A DNA stretch of 64,000 nt from an uncultured Planctomycetota bacterium (GTDB lineage: Bacteria; Planctomycetota; Planctomycetia; Isosphaerales; Isosphaeraceae), in contig CAWGMQ010000008.1 in assembly GCA_963823665.1 (NCBI GenBank), forward strand, positions 1,088,001 to 1,152,000, read 5' to 3'. The notes beneath the pieces were generated by a model, which was not told where the DNA came from, did not search any database, and worked only from the letters and a program-made list of their open reading frames with translations. Positions 21,222 through 30,690 of this stretch are shown here, piece after piece. The translations under genes and the position numbers were made by a program. Within the stretch, counting starts at the first letter, position 1; every line of letters starts with the position of its first letter.

Positions 21222-22424
21222 ATGATTTCCCGTCGCGACTTACTGCGGCGATCCACGTTGATTTCGCTTGCTCCCACTGTCCCAGGCTTTCTCGCCCGCA
21301 CCGTGAGCGCTGCCCAGCCGAAACGCGAAGCGCGAATTCTGGTGATCGTTCAGCTTGACGGCGGCAACGACGGAATCAACACGGTCGTCCCGTACAAGGA
21401 CGAAGGGTACAAGAAGAATCGGCGCGATCTTCGCCTGACTTCAAGCGAGCTGATCACGCTCGACGAGCGAGCCGGCGTGGGGCTCAATCCTGCTTTGCGA
21501 CCGATGAGCAAGCTCTACGAAGACGGGCATCTTGCCGTCATTCAGGGCGTCGGCTATCCCAACCCGAGCCGCTCTCATTTCGAGTCGATGGCGATCTGGC
21601 ATTCGGCGCGGACCGATGCGCAGGGCCGTGACGGCTACGGTTGGCTGGGACGGAGCCTCGATACGGCCCCGCGCCCGGCCGCCGGTGCACCGGCGGCCAT
21701 CTTTCTCGCTCGGTCGGAGCTCCCGCTTGCCATTCGCGGCCGTCGAGCCGTGGCGACGGCGATGACCACGCCCGAGGATTTCACGCTAAAACTCCAGGCC
21801 GATCCCCGAGGACAAGGCACCGGTGGCTCGACCAGCTCGGTGACCTCTTTCGTCGAGCGCAGCGCGCTCGACGCCTACGCGTTCGCGGATCAGATGGCGG
21901 CGATGTCGAGACGAGCGAGCACGAGCGTGAATTACCCCCGCACCGCGCTGGCCGAGCGCCTGAGCCTGGTCGCGGGCCTCATTCGCGCGGGCCTGGGCAG
22001 TCGAGTCTACTACGCCATCCAACCCGGTTACGACACTCACAGCGTGCAGATCGCTCGCCACGCGGATTTGCTGGCGGAGCTCGCCGGGGCCATTCGCGCG
22101 TTTCACGACGATCTCACCGCGGCCAAGCTCGAGGACCGCGTGGCTGTTCTGTGCTTCAGCGAGTTCGGCCGCCGGGTCGAGGAAAACGGCTCGAGCGGCA
22201 CCGACCACGGCACCGCCGGGCCGGTTTTCCTGGCCGGCTCGCACGTGCGCGGCGGCCTTGCTGGAACGCCGCCCAGCCTGGTGGATCTTGACTCGGAAGG
22301 GGACCTGAAAATGACGGTCGACTTCCGGCGCGTTTATGCGTCGCTGCTGGAAGATTGGCTAGAAATCCCGTGCAAAGCGGTGCTCGGAAGCTCGTACGAA
22401 CGCCTGCCGCTGTTCAAAGCGTGA
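21222..22424 (+). CDS. DUF1501 family protein with Tat-type signal
   Basis: SRRDLL, LDGGNDGINTVVP, SRSHF, GYDTH, FSEFGRR..ENG.GTDHG; adjacent to DUF1800. Confidence 0.93.
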   Translation: MISRRDLLRRSTLISLAPTVPGFLARTVSAAQPKREARILVIVQLDGGNDGINTVVPYKDEGYKKNRRDLRLTSSELITLDERAGVGLNPALRPMSKLYEDGHLAVIQGVGYPNPSRSHFESMAIWHSARTDAQGRDGYGWLGRSLDTAPRPAAGAPAAIFLARSELPLAIRGRRAVATAMTTPEDFTLKLQADPRGQGTGGSTSSVTSFVERSALDAYAFADQMAAMSRRASTSVNYPRTALAERLSLVAGLIRAGLGSRVYYAIQPGYDTHSVQIARHADLLAELAGAIRAFHDDLTAAKLEDRVAVLCFSEFGRRVEENGSSGTDHGTAGPVFLAGSHVRGGLAGTPPSLVDLDSEGDLKMTVDFRRVYASLLEDWLEIPCKAVLGSSYERLPLFKA

Positions 22425-22485
22425 TTCGGGGTCATCGAGGTGCAATTGACCGATTCCGCTGGCGCGGTTACAAGAAGCGCGGCGA

Positions 22486-23367
22486 GTGTCGACACCGACG
22501 GCAAGGAGCAACACAGTGATCACGCCGCCAGGATGGTTGAAGCGGTTAGCGATGGAACCGCCGTTCAGGCTGTTTGTGTGCGCCATGTTGAAGCACCTGC
22601 CTGTCTCCGTTTCCACTCGCGAATTCTGGGATATCTCTGCCCGCCCGGCATACCTCGTGGGCGTGCTTTACGCAGCCAGGCGGGCGCTTCGCGAGCACAC
22701 GCGCGAGATCTCCGTGATCGAGTTCGGAGTGGCGGGGGGCGAGGGACTGCTTGCCCTGGAGCGAGAAGCGGAAGCGGTCGAGAAGGAGCTGGGTATCTCG
22801 ATCAAGGTTTACGGCTTTGACAACGGGCCGGCCGGTCTGCCGGCATTCATCGGCGACCATCGCGACCACCCCGACAAGTGGAAACCCGGTGACTTCCCGA
22901 TGGACGAGGCCCTGCTGCGCTCGAAGCTCTCGCCGCGCACCACGCTCGTCCTCGGCAACGTCGAGGACACGGTGCCCTGTTTCTTCGACGATCCGCGCGT
23001 CCCGCCGGTGGGATTCATCGCCTTCGACCTCGACCTCTATTCCTCAACCGCCAGTGCGCTGCGCGTCCTGAGCATGCCCGGGGGCCGGTCGCTGGACCAT
23101 GTTGCCCTCTACTTCGATGACACCGAGCACTCCATCAGCCACCACTTGGCGGGTGAGCTGCTGGCGATCGATGAGTTCAATCAGAGCCACTCCCACGTCA
23201 CGATCGACCGCTGGCGCGGCATCACGAACGACCGGCCGTTCCCGGATGCCTCGTTCTTGCAAAAGATGTACATGGCGCACAACCTCGACGCGATCTCATC
23301 GCGGGTTCTCGACCGGGAGCGGTTACATCGCTCGCTCGGAACACGTCAGCCAATCACCCCGTCGTGA
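22486..23367 (+). CDS. TylF/MycF-like SAM-dependent O-methyltransferase fold protein
   Basis: EFGVAGG, YGFD...GLP, FDLDLYSST, YFDD, GELLAIDEFN. Confidence 0.7.
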   Translation: MSTPTARSNTVITPPGWLKRLAMEPPFRLFVCAMLKHLPVSVSTREFWDISARPAYLVGVLYAARRALREHTREISVIEFGVAGGEGLLALEREAEAVEKELGISIKVYGFDNGPAGLPAFIGDHRDHPDKWKPGDFPMDEALLRSKLSPRTTLVLGNVEDTVPCFFDDPRVPPVGFIAFDLDLYSSTASALRVLSMPGGRSLDHVALYFDDTEHSISHHLAGELLAIDEFNQSHSHVTIDRWRGITNDRPFPDASFLQKMYMAHNLDAISSRVLDRERLHRSLGTRQPITPS

Positions 23368-23608
23368 TCGCCGAAGGCGATGAGCCGGCAGCAAGCTCCT
23401 CGAGCCGAACCACGTGCGCAAGGGCCAAATGCTCCGATCGTTCGGCGACTTCTTCCGAAGCCGTCGGCATCGGCAGGATCACACGCGTGCGCAAAACAAG
23501 CGCCTGGTCGGGATGACGCACATCGAACCTCCGACCGTCCGTGGCAAAAATGCGGAATGGAACGAACGGGCAACGGCGCAACAAATCGTAAAAATCCTGC
23601 GGGCGCAT
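23354..23608 (-). CDS. Small conserved hypothetical protein (84 aa)
   Basis: PFVPFRI...DGRRFDVRHPD pattern recalled from a recurrent planctomycete small-protein family. Confidence 0.75.
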   Translation of the reverse strand: MRPQDFYDLLRRCPFVPFRIFATDGRRFDVRHPDQALVLRTRVILPMPTASEEVAERSEHLALAHVVRLEELAAGSSPSAITTG

Positions 23609-23696
23609 GTCGCAACCTGTTATTGCGAGGTTTTTCGCGATCGAACGCGAATACGACTATGGTACCATGGCAAAGTCGTCACGCCAAATCGTTTTC

Positions 23697-25565
23697 TCAC
23701 CTCGACCCGCCCACACCGCGAGGCGGCAATCGCTTCTCGAGCTCCTGAACCTTCTTCTCGAGCTCGTTCAACCGCCGTAGAATCGCCGGCGCGTCGAGCT
23801 TCTCGTGGTCGGGCGTCTTCAGATCGATTTCCGCTTGCAGGCGCCGGAGTTTGATCCCTTTGAGGTCGGCCTCACTCAAACTCCCGGCCTTGTGAAGCTC
23901 CGTCGCCGCCTTTTCGAGTGCTTGAATCCGTTTGAGCGAGCTTTCCTTGATCGCGCCCAAAGGCCGCGCCGGATTTCCTGCCCGGATCTCGGCGTTCTCG
24001 AGCGCGTCACAGGCCTCGATCACATCGGCGAACGGCAGCTCGCCCTCGACGTGCTGCTTGCATTTAATTTCGAATCGTTCGAGCGCCAGCCGCACCAGTT
24101 CCTCTTTCTTGCCAGCCAGCTCGTCAGCCGCCGCAATCTTCGCCGGATCAGTTGGCAAACTCGGAATCGTCAGTTCCGACTGCCGCACGCGGATCGGCTG
24201 CTCCTCGGACGCCGCCAGATCCAATTCCGCTTCCATACGCCGCACTTTGATCGCCATCGAATCAGAGCGCTTCGCACTTCCCTCTTTCATACGGACGTCC
24301 ATGATTTGATCCAGTCGCTCGAACCGCTTGAGCGAGCGCTCCTTCACTTCTCGTCGCGCCGCCGGGTTATTCGCGGCCCTCAGCTCGACCCGATCCAGCT
24401 CAAGGCCGGCGTCGATCAACGTCTCGACAGATATCTCACCTCCTTCAAACGACTGCCGCACCAGCTCGTAACGCTGTCTGGCGATTTCAACCAATTCCTG
24501 CATCTGCCGATCGAGTGCGTCGTTCTTCAAGAATGCGCCACCGTTCGGACTCGGTCCTTTCTTCTCTTCGACCGAAATCTCCTTCGTCTGCGCCTGTTGA
24601 GCTTGCGACACGCGAACAATCGTATAGCCGCCGCCAACGGTTAAGGATGCCAGCGACAAAACCACCGTGGCCATCACCGTCAGCTTCTTGAGCGTCATCA
24701 TCTTGAGCACTCCCTCCGCAAGAGCCACTGAACTCGCCGGAACAACCGTCATGCCAGAGATTGATACATCCGCGCTCTGCGCCGCGAGTTTCACAACAAG
24801 CGTCGCCACACCCTCGGGAATCGCAGTCGCCGGACCGCCGGCGAGCGCCCCGGCCAAAAGCGAAGCGCTTGCCTCCTCGCCCGCCAGCCAAGCCCCCAAA
24901 AGCCCAACCACCGCCGGCGTTGCCAGGCCGCGCCGGCTAAGCCGCCCGCGAAGCTTGTCCCTTCCTCGCGAAAGCCGGCTCCGCACTGTTCCGACCGGCC
25001 AGCTCAACGACGCGGCTGCCTCGTCATGAGTCAAGCCTTCCATGTAGCACAGCACGATCGGTGCGCGATATTTCTCCGGCAAACGGCTGATTTCCTGGTG
25101 CACGGCCTCCGCGGTTTCCGCCCGTTCGATCGCGCAGGACGTGACCCCGCGCGCTCCGTTTGCTTCGAGAAGCTGGGCCGCTGCCGCTGCATCCGTGCGA
25201 CGCTCGCGCACGCGATGCCGGATCGCATTGGCTTTCGTGCGGTTTGCCACGCGCACAGCCACACCGTGGAGCCAGCTTCCCAGCGACTCGCGTTTCCGGA
25301 TCGCGCTCGCCCGCCGCGCAAGCACCAGGAAAACCGCTTGCCACGCGTCGTGGACATCACCCGGATCATCGAGGATCTGCCGGCACACCCGCTCGACCAT
25401 CGGCCCATGGCGCTTGACGAGCAGCTCGAACGCCAGCTCGCCAGCCTGAACATGCGCGGCCAGGAACCGCGCGAGCAGTTGCCCATCCGTGAGCGCGGAG
25501 CAGGTCCCCGCGCCCCAGAGCAGCTCCAAGGCCTCAACATATGGTCGCGCCGATGCACGCCTCAT
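23697..25565 (-). CDS. Membrane-anchored ECF sigma factor with duplicated all-helical (TolC/OEP-like) C-terminal extension
   Basis: Sigma2/sigma4 motifs, TM after MMTLKK, two repeats (ARQRYE..FEGGEIS / ALERFE..HVEGELP), terminal coiled coil. Confidence 0.9.
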   Translation of the reverse strand: MRRASARPYVEALELLWGAGTCSALTDGQLLARFLAAHVQAGELAFELLVKRHGPMVERVCRQILDDPGDVHDAWQAVFLVLARRASAIRKRESLGSWLHGVAVRVANRTKANAIRHRVRERRTDAAAAAQLLEANGARGVTSCAIERAETAEAVHQEISRLPEKYRAPIVLCYMEGLTHDEAAASLSWPVGTVRSRLSRGRDKLRGRLSRRGLATPAVVGLLGAWLAGEEASASLLAGALAGGPATAIPEGVATLVVKLAAQSADVSISGMTVVPASSVALAEGVLKMMTLKKLTVMATVVLSLASLTVGGGYTIVRVSQAQQAQTKEISVEEKKGPSPNGGAFLKNDALDRQMQELVEIARQRYELVRQSFEGGEISVETLIDAGLELDRVELRAANNPAARREVKERSLKRFERLDQIMDVRMKEGSAKRSDSMAIKVRRMEAELDLAASEEQPIRVRQSELTIPSLPTDPAKIAAADELAGKKEELVRLALERFEIKCKQHVEGELPFADVIEACDALENAEIRAGNPARPLGAIKESSLKRIQALEKAATELHKAGSLSEADLKGIKLRRLQAEIDLKTPDHEKLDAPAILRRLNELEKKVQELEKRLPPRGVGGSR

Positions 25566-25603
25566 CGTCACCAATCCAGACTACCACTCGTTCGTTCTCA
25601 TTC

Positions 25604-25635
25604 ATAGTGCACCAGAGACCGGGCGGCCAATCCAG
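25604..25635 (-). promoter_or_regulatory. Candidate ECF promoter CTGGA-N20-GCACTAT
   Basis: Same motif and spacing as 16895-16926. Confidence 0.5.
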
Positions 25636-25781
25636 GTTTCTTCATCAGAACTCGGCGGTCGTCACCATAATTCGCGGCTTCCTTAATGATCTGTTGCCGC
25701 AATCATTCAGGAAATCGGGAATAATCGTTGGATCGGCCGCACTATACTCGTGAGACATCGAAAGGACGGGAGGTTGCCGCC

Positions 25782-27563
25782 ATGGCCGGCCGATCGACGA
25801 ACGCGACTTTGCTGCGAGACGTCCGCACGATCTTTGAATTCGGCGTGGCTCGAGATGTCTCCGATCGCGAGCTGCTTGACCGGTTCTTGTTCGCCGATCG
25901 CGCCGTGGCCGAGGCTGCTTTCACTTTCCTGGTCGAGCGCCATGGGCCAATGGTCCTCTCCGCATGCGGGCAGTTCCTGGATGATCCGTACGACGTCGAA
26001 GACGCCTTCCAGGCCACATTTCTGGTCTTCTTGCGCCGGGCACATTCAATCCGGAAGCGTGATTCACTTGCCAGTTGGCTCTTCGGAGTCGCCACGCACG
26101 TGGCGCGCCGGCGCGAAGCGGCGCAACGGCACGGCGAATCCATGAGCGACAGGCCGGCGAGCTCGCCCTCGCGTACCGGGAGCGCACAAGCGGACACTCC
26201 GACAGGCTGGCAGCATTGCACGAGGAGATTGCACGACTTCCGGAGCGGTACCGAGAGCCGATCGTGCTCTGCCATCTCGAAGGTTTATCCACAGCGGCCG
26301 CGGCGGGCCGGCTGGGCTGCGCCCACGGGACGGTTCTTTCCCGGCTGGCGCGCGCTCGCGGCCGCTTGCGCCGCTCGTTGACACGGCGAGGGCGATTGGA
26401 ATTCGCGGGGCCGGTTGCTCGCGGCTGGTTCCCGTCAAAACTTACGGTGACGTTGCCTGCCCGGCTCGTGAAGTCGACCGTCCAGGCTGCGGTGGATGGT
26501 GCATCCGTTCGCACGGCGTCCGGGGCGATCCTCTCGCACACGGTCACCGCGCTGGCTCAAGCGACCTTGAGGACTCTATTCATGACTCGAATGACACTCG
26601 GGGCGGCTCTCCTCGCGACGGCCGCCGTCTGCACGGCGACGACGGTTTCGTTCCTCCCGTTTCCAGTAAGGGGCGGCTCATCCGCGGTGGCCGCCGTCGC
26701 GAGCGCCCCGCAGAATTCCGCAGAAAAGCTCGCGCCACACGAGCAAAAGGGTCTTCGGCCTCAGGAAATCAGAGACGCCTTGTACAAGATTCTCAGGCGC
26801 GATCACGCGCTGCGAGATCCGCGCTGGCCGTTTCTCATCACGGTCCGCGATGTCGAGGGAGATACGCTCATTGACGCAACATTCCGGCATCGGACCAAAG
26901 GGGACCACCGCGAGATGGACCTGGTGATCCAGGCCAAACGTGCGATCCTTCATGTCGATCTTACGGGCAAGGCGGTCTACGCGATTCTCGAAGAGCACGA
27001 GTACCAGGGGATCGCGCCGATCGACAGCAGAGACGTTCTGATACTTGACCAGGTTCTGAAAATCCCGGTTCCGCCCGGCAACCCATTCGGGGCCGATGAG
27101 CGTGTGCCCGCCAAGCCGGCCTTATCGCCGCAAGAACAAGCGGTGCTCGCTGCGGAGTGTCTCCGCCGCGTCAAGGAAACCCACGGAACCGAGAATGTCT
27201 GGGCCGTCGCCGGCTATCGGATTGGTGCCCGCGCTCTCAAAGAGCTGCGGCTGCCTCGTCACGCCGAGTCCCTCCTGGTGATCCATCGTTTCCCGCATGA
27301 AGCCTACGCCGTCATGGCCGATGGCCTCCAGGCTGCGACCGGTGCCAGTGCGGGCAAACGAAACCTTCGTCTGGAAGAGGCCGTGCAGGTCAACGCTGCG
27401 CACGGTGATCGAAGAGACGAACACCGGCCGCAGCCTCACATTCGTGCTCAAACCGGAATTCGTGAAGTCATTCCTCGGCGCGCCCGGGGAATTCCTCGTC
27501 ACCGAGGCCAGGCGCGTCGCATCACTTCCCGACGACGCGATTTTCGAGGTCAGGACCGATTGA
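25782..27563 (+). CDS. Membrane-anchored ECF sigma factor with beta-rich domain and C-terminal FmdE-like domain (frameshifts near 26110 and 27385)
   Basis: Joins ORFs 25728-26381, 26075-27661 and 27297-27563. GGAGG SD; HG..WAVAGYRIG..AL, ADGLQAATGAS.GK.NL, LPDDAIFEV. Confidence 0.85.
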
Positions 27564-27746
27564 CCTGGGTCGTGGCGGCACACCTGGTAATCACTGCCCC
27601 CCAGCCCCATCCCGTCCACTCAGATTGCGATTGCACCGCCGCCCCGCGCGTGCGAATATGACAACCGTCAGACGTGTGTGGTCTCAGCGCTCGCCAGCGG
27701 TGATCCGGTCGTGGACTAAGCTCGGGCGATATCGCGGGAGGTATCG

Positions 27747-30167
27747 GTGAGCATTCGAGCCCGATGGCGCGTCGGCGTTGGCCCCGTCTTCGTCTACGAC
27801 TGCCTGACCTCCTCGAGGCGCTGGCAGGGTTACGCGATGCGCGCGGGGTTTCTGCTGCTCCTCTTGATCACGCTGCTGGTGATCTGGAACGGAAGCCGTC
27901 CGCTGGAGCGCTTGAGCGCGATCCGCGGCATGGCCAGGCTCGGCGAGTCGTTTTTCCTCGGGTTCGTCGGCATGCAGTTGACCCTGGTCTTGCTCGCGGC
28001 CCCGGCCGCGACCGCGGGCTCGATTTGCCTTGACCGCGCTCGCGGCACGCTGACCCACATGCTCGTGACCGACCTCTCGAGCGCCGAGATCGTCCTGGGA
28101 AAGCTGGCTGCGCGACTGGTTCCGGTCCTGGGGCTCCTCGCCTGCGCGCTCCCTTTGATGGAGATCCTCGCTCTTGTCGGCGGGCTCGATCCCAATGCGC
28201 TGCTCGGGGCCTTCGTCGTGGCCATCGGCATCGCCGTGCTGGGCTCGAGTCTCGCCCTCTTCTTTTCACTCTGGGTGGGCAAGACTCATGAGGCCATTCT
28301 CGGTACGTACGCCGTGTGGGGGTTATGGCTCTTGTGGACGCCAATCATATCGATTGTCGGGGCTCTGTTTCCCCAGGCGTTTTTCTTCGTGCCTCCGCGC
28401 TCGGCCGATCCGTTCTGGCTGTCTTTCGCACCTTATCGGGCACCGAGATTGGTGGCGTGGCAAGACTATGCATCGTTCCTCGAGGTTACGCTGGCCGTCT
28501 CGGCGATGTTGGTGGCCATCGCAGTTTTCCGGCTGCGCGCGATCGTCACCCGCGATTCCCTCAAACGCCGGTCTTCGCGATCCATGCTCGAGCGCCTCGT
28601 CGAGCGCTTGGCCCGGGGCCGCCGCTTGCCGAGGCCGTCGCTGGATTGGAACCCGGTTTTCTGGAGGGAATGGCATCGGGGCAAGCCGTCGCGCATGTCG
28701 CTGGCGATCGTCGCGCTCTATTTCGCGCTCGCCACGACCTTCAGCTTGACCACGGTCGCTTTCCGGGGCACGGCGGCCGCGCCCTGGGTCAACGGCTTCC
28801 AGGTGAGCGTGGGCCTGCTGATTCTCAGCGTCATCGCAGCCGTCTCGCTCGCCGAGGAGCGGGCGCGCGGTAGTCTCGACCTGCTCTTGACGACGATGAT
28901 TTCGACCCGGCAAATCGTCCTGGGCAAGTGGCTCGGCACCTACCGCACCGTACCGATATTTGCCGTATTGCCGGTGATTGTTTCCTTCGGGTTGGCTTAC
29001 GACCGGCCCGAGCGATGGACCGATGTCGTGGTCTTGATCGTCTACATATTCTTCTCAGGCGCCGCGATCACGAGCCTCGGGCTCGCGATGGCCACCTGGT
29101 TCTCTCGCGTCGGCAGCGCGGTGGCCGCGACGGTATCGATCTATCTCGCCATTACCGTCGGATCGTTCTTCGTGGTAGCGACGGTCGGACCAGCCGGCGA
29201 AGGGCTCCTGATGGGCAGCCCGTTCGCCTGGGCACTCCTCGTGACGATCAAAACCATCGACAGTCGCTCCCGGTTCGATGAAGTCGCGCCATGGGCCATC
29301 ATCTGGCTGTTCATCATGGCGATCGCTGCAGTCGCCTTGCTGATCGCCACACTGGCGGCCTTCGACCGCAAGCTCGGCCGCGGAGAGAGCGCTTCATCGC
29401 GGCTGATGAACGGAATCTTCACGCGCCGCGAGCAAGTATACCGGGGCGTATTCCTGGTGATCGCGGCGATTGCGACGGTCGCCACAATTTACGGTGGACC
29501 CAGATCCGACTTCGCCTTCGTGGTCAACGGCACGCAGGTCTTGATCGGCCTGCTCCTGGCGGCGATCGCAGCCACCAATTCCACCGCTCGCCAGTTCGAG
29601 CGCGACTCCATGGCGCCGCCGGTTTGGATCGGCCAGCCGCCTCTCAAGACTGTGCTCGCAAACTGGCTGGGCCCTTGCCGGCTGGTGGCACTGATGGCGC
29701 TTCTAGCCACTCTGGTGGTTGTCGTGCGCTGGAAACCCGGCGCTCTACCCTTCATGCGAATCTGGCTCGTTCCCGCATACATCATGTTTGCCGGCGCAGC
29801 GTGGTGCGCCTTCGGCGTAGCCGTGGGCATGCGATTCACTCGTCGGACAGCCCTGCTCTTGCTTGCGGCGGCCTACGCGCTCGCTCTGATCGGCGCACCC
29901 ATCGCGGCGGTGCCGTTCCTCGACAGCGGCCCGTCGCAGTTGCTCATGGCGGCAAGCCCGATAGTGGCGGTGTCCCTGCTGACAATGCATCAGAGCGGCG
30001 GGGCTCCGCCCGGCTTAGAGATTCTTGACGGGGCGCTTGCCGCAACCGCACTGCACGCGGCTGCGATCCCAATCCTGCTCACTCTCGCGGTGTTCGTCCT
30101 CGAGCGGCGCGGCGCTCGCAATCCGACGACCGCCGTGCCCGGGCCTGCCCCGGTCTCTGCCGCCTGA
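27747..30167 (+). CDS. Large ABC-2-type transporter permease (repeated permease units)
   Basis: PAATAGSIC.DRARGTL..LVTDLSS.EIVLGKL repeated as EERARGSLDLLLTT.IS..QIVLGKW; NPVFWREW; many TM helices. Confidence 0.88.
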   Translation: MSIRARWRVGVGPVFVYDCLTSSRRWQGYAMRAGFLLLLLITLLVIWNGSRPLERLSAIRGMARLGESFFLGFVGMQLTLVLLAAPAATAGSICLDRARGTLTHMLVTDLSSAEIVLGKLAARLVPVLGLLACALPLMEILALVGGLDPNALLGAFVVAIGIAVLGSSLALFFSLWVGKTHEAILGTYAVWGLWLLWTPIISIVGALFPQAFFFVPPRSADPFWLSFAPYRAPRLVAWQDYASFLEVTLAVSAMLVAIAVFRLRAIVTRDSLKRRSSRSMLERLVERLARGRRLPRPSLDWNPVFWREWHRGKPSRMSLAIVALYFALATTFSLTTVAFRGTAAAPWVNGFQVSVGLLILSVIAAVSLAEERARGSLDLLLTTMISTRQIVLGKWLGTYRTVPIFAVLPVIVSFGLAYDRPERWTDVVVLIVYIFFSGAAITSLGLAMATWFSRVGSAVAATVSIYLAITVGSFFVVATVGPAGEGLLMGSPFAWALLVTIKTIDSRSRFDEVAPWAIIWLFIMAIAAVALLIATLAAFDRKLGRGESASSRLMNGIFTRREQVYRGVFLVIAAIATVATIYGGPRSDFAFVVNGTQVLIGLLLAAIAATNSTARQFERDSMAPPVWIGQPPLKTVLANWLGPCRLVALMALLATLVVVVRWKPGALPFMRIWLVPAYIMFAGAAWCAFGVAVGMRFTRRTALLLLAAAYALALIGAPIAAVPFLDSGPSQLLMAASPIVAVSLLTMHQSGGAPPGLEILDGALAATALHAAAIPILLTLAVFVLERRGARNPTTAVPGPAPVSAA

Positions 30168-30378
30168 CACGGTCGTTATCGGGCCGGTTCGTACTATCGC
30201 TTCGGCGCGGCACGACAGCAGCGACACCCTCCACGCGGTCATCCGGTCCTGGCACAACTCCGGTGAAAGCAGCGGGAGATCAGTCGGATCAGTGGCCGGT
30301 CTGGGAAAAACCCTCTGCTGCGAGGATAATGGCGAAATCGACCTACGCAACGGCGTCAAGCGAACTGAGGAACGGCCC

Positions 30379-30621
30379 AAGACGAAAACGATTCACGGCA
30401 AGACCCACGGCAAGACGATCGAACTGAACGAGGACCTTGGTGTGGCCGAGGGCCAGGAGGTCGAGGTCCAGGTGACGATCGTCCAACCGGCCCGGAAATG
30501 GGGCGAAGGCATTCTGCGGACGGCCGGCGCCCTCGCTGACGACCCCGAGTGGGATCGGATCATGGAGCAGATCTACCAGGACCGAAAGTTGAACCGGCGT
30601 CCCCAGGTGGAGGAGGGATGA
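30379..30621 (+). pseudogene. Antitoxin-like gene (AbrB/AF2212-like) with start codon read as AAG
   Basis: GAGGA SD then AAG-ACG-AAA-ACG (xTKTIHGK...[15 protein letters not shown]). ATGA overlap with a VapC N-terminus. Confidence 0.65.
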
Positions 30622-30657
30622 CGCATCTCCTGGACACCAATATCTGTTTAGCCCATC
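30618..30657 (+). pseudogene. Truncated VapC/PIN toxin N-terminus
   Basis: GGAGG SD plus MTHLLDTNIC (PIN LDTN motif); similarity is lost after about 13 codons. Confidence 0.7.
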
Positions 30658-30690
30658 GACAACCACCCCGAATTGGCAGAGATACGTCTG

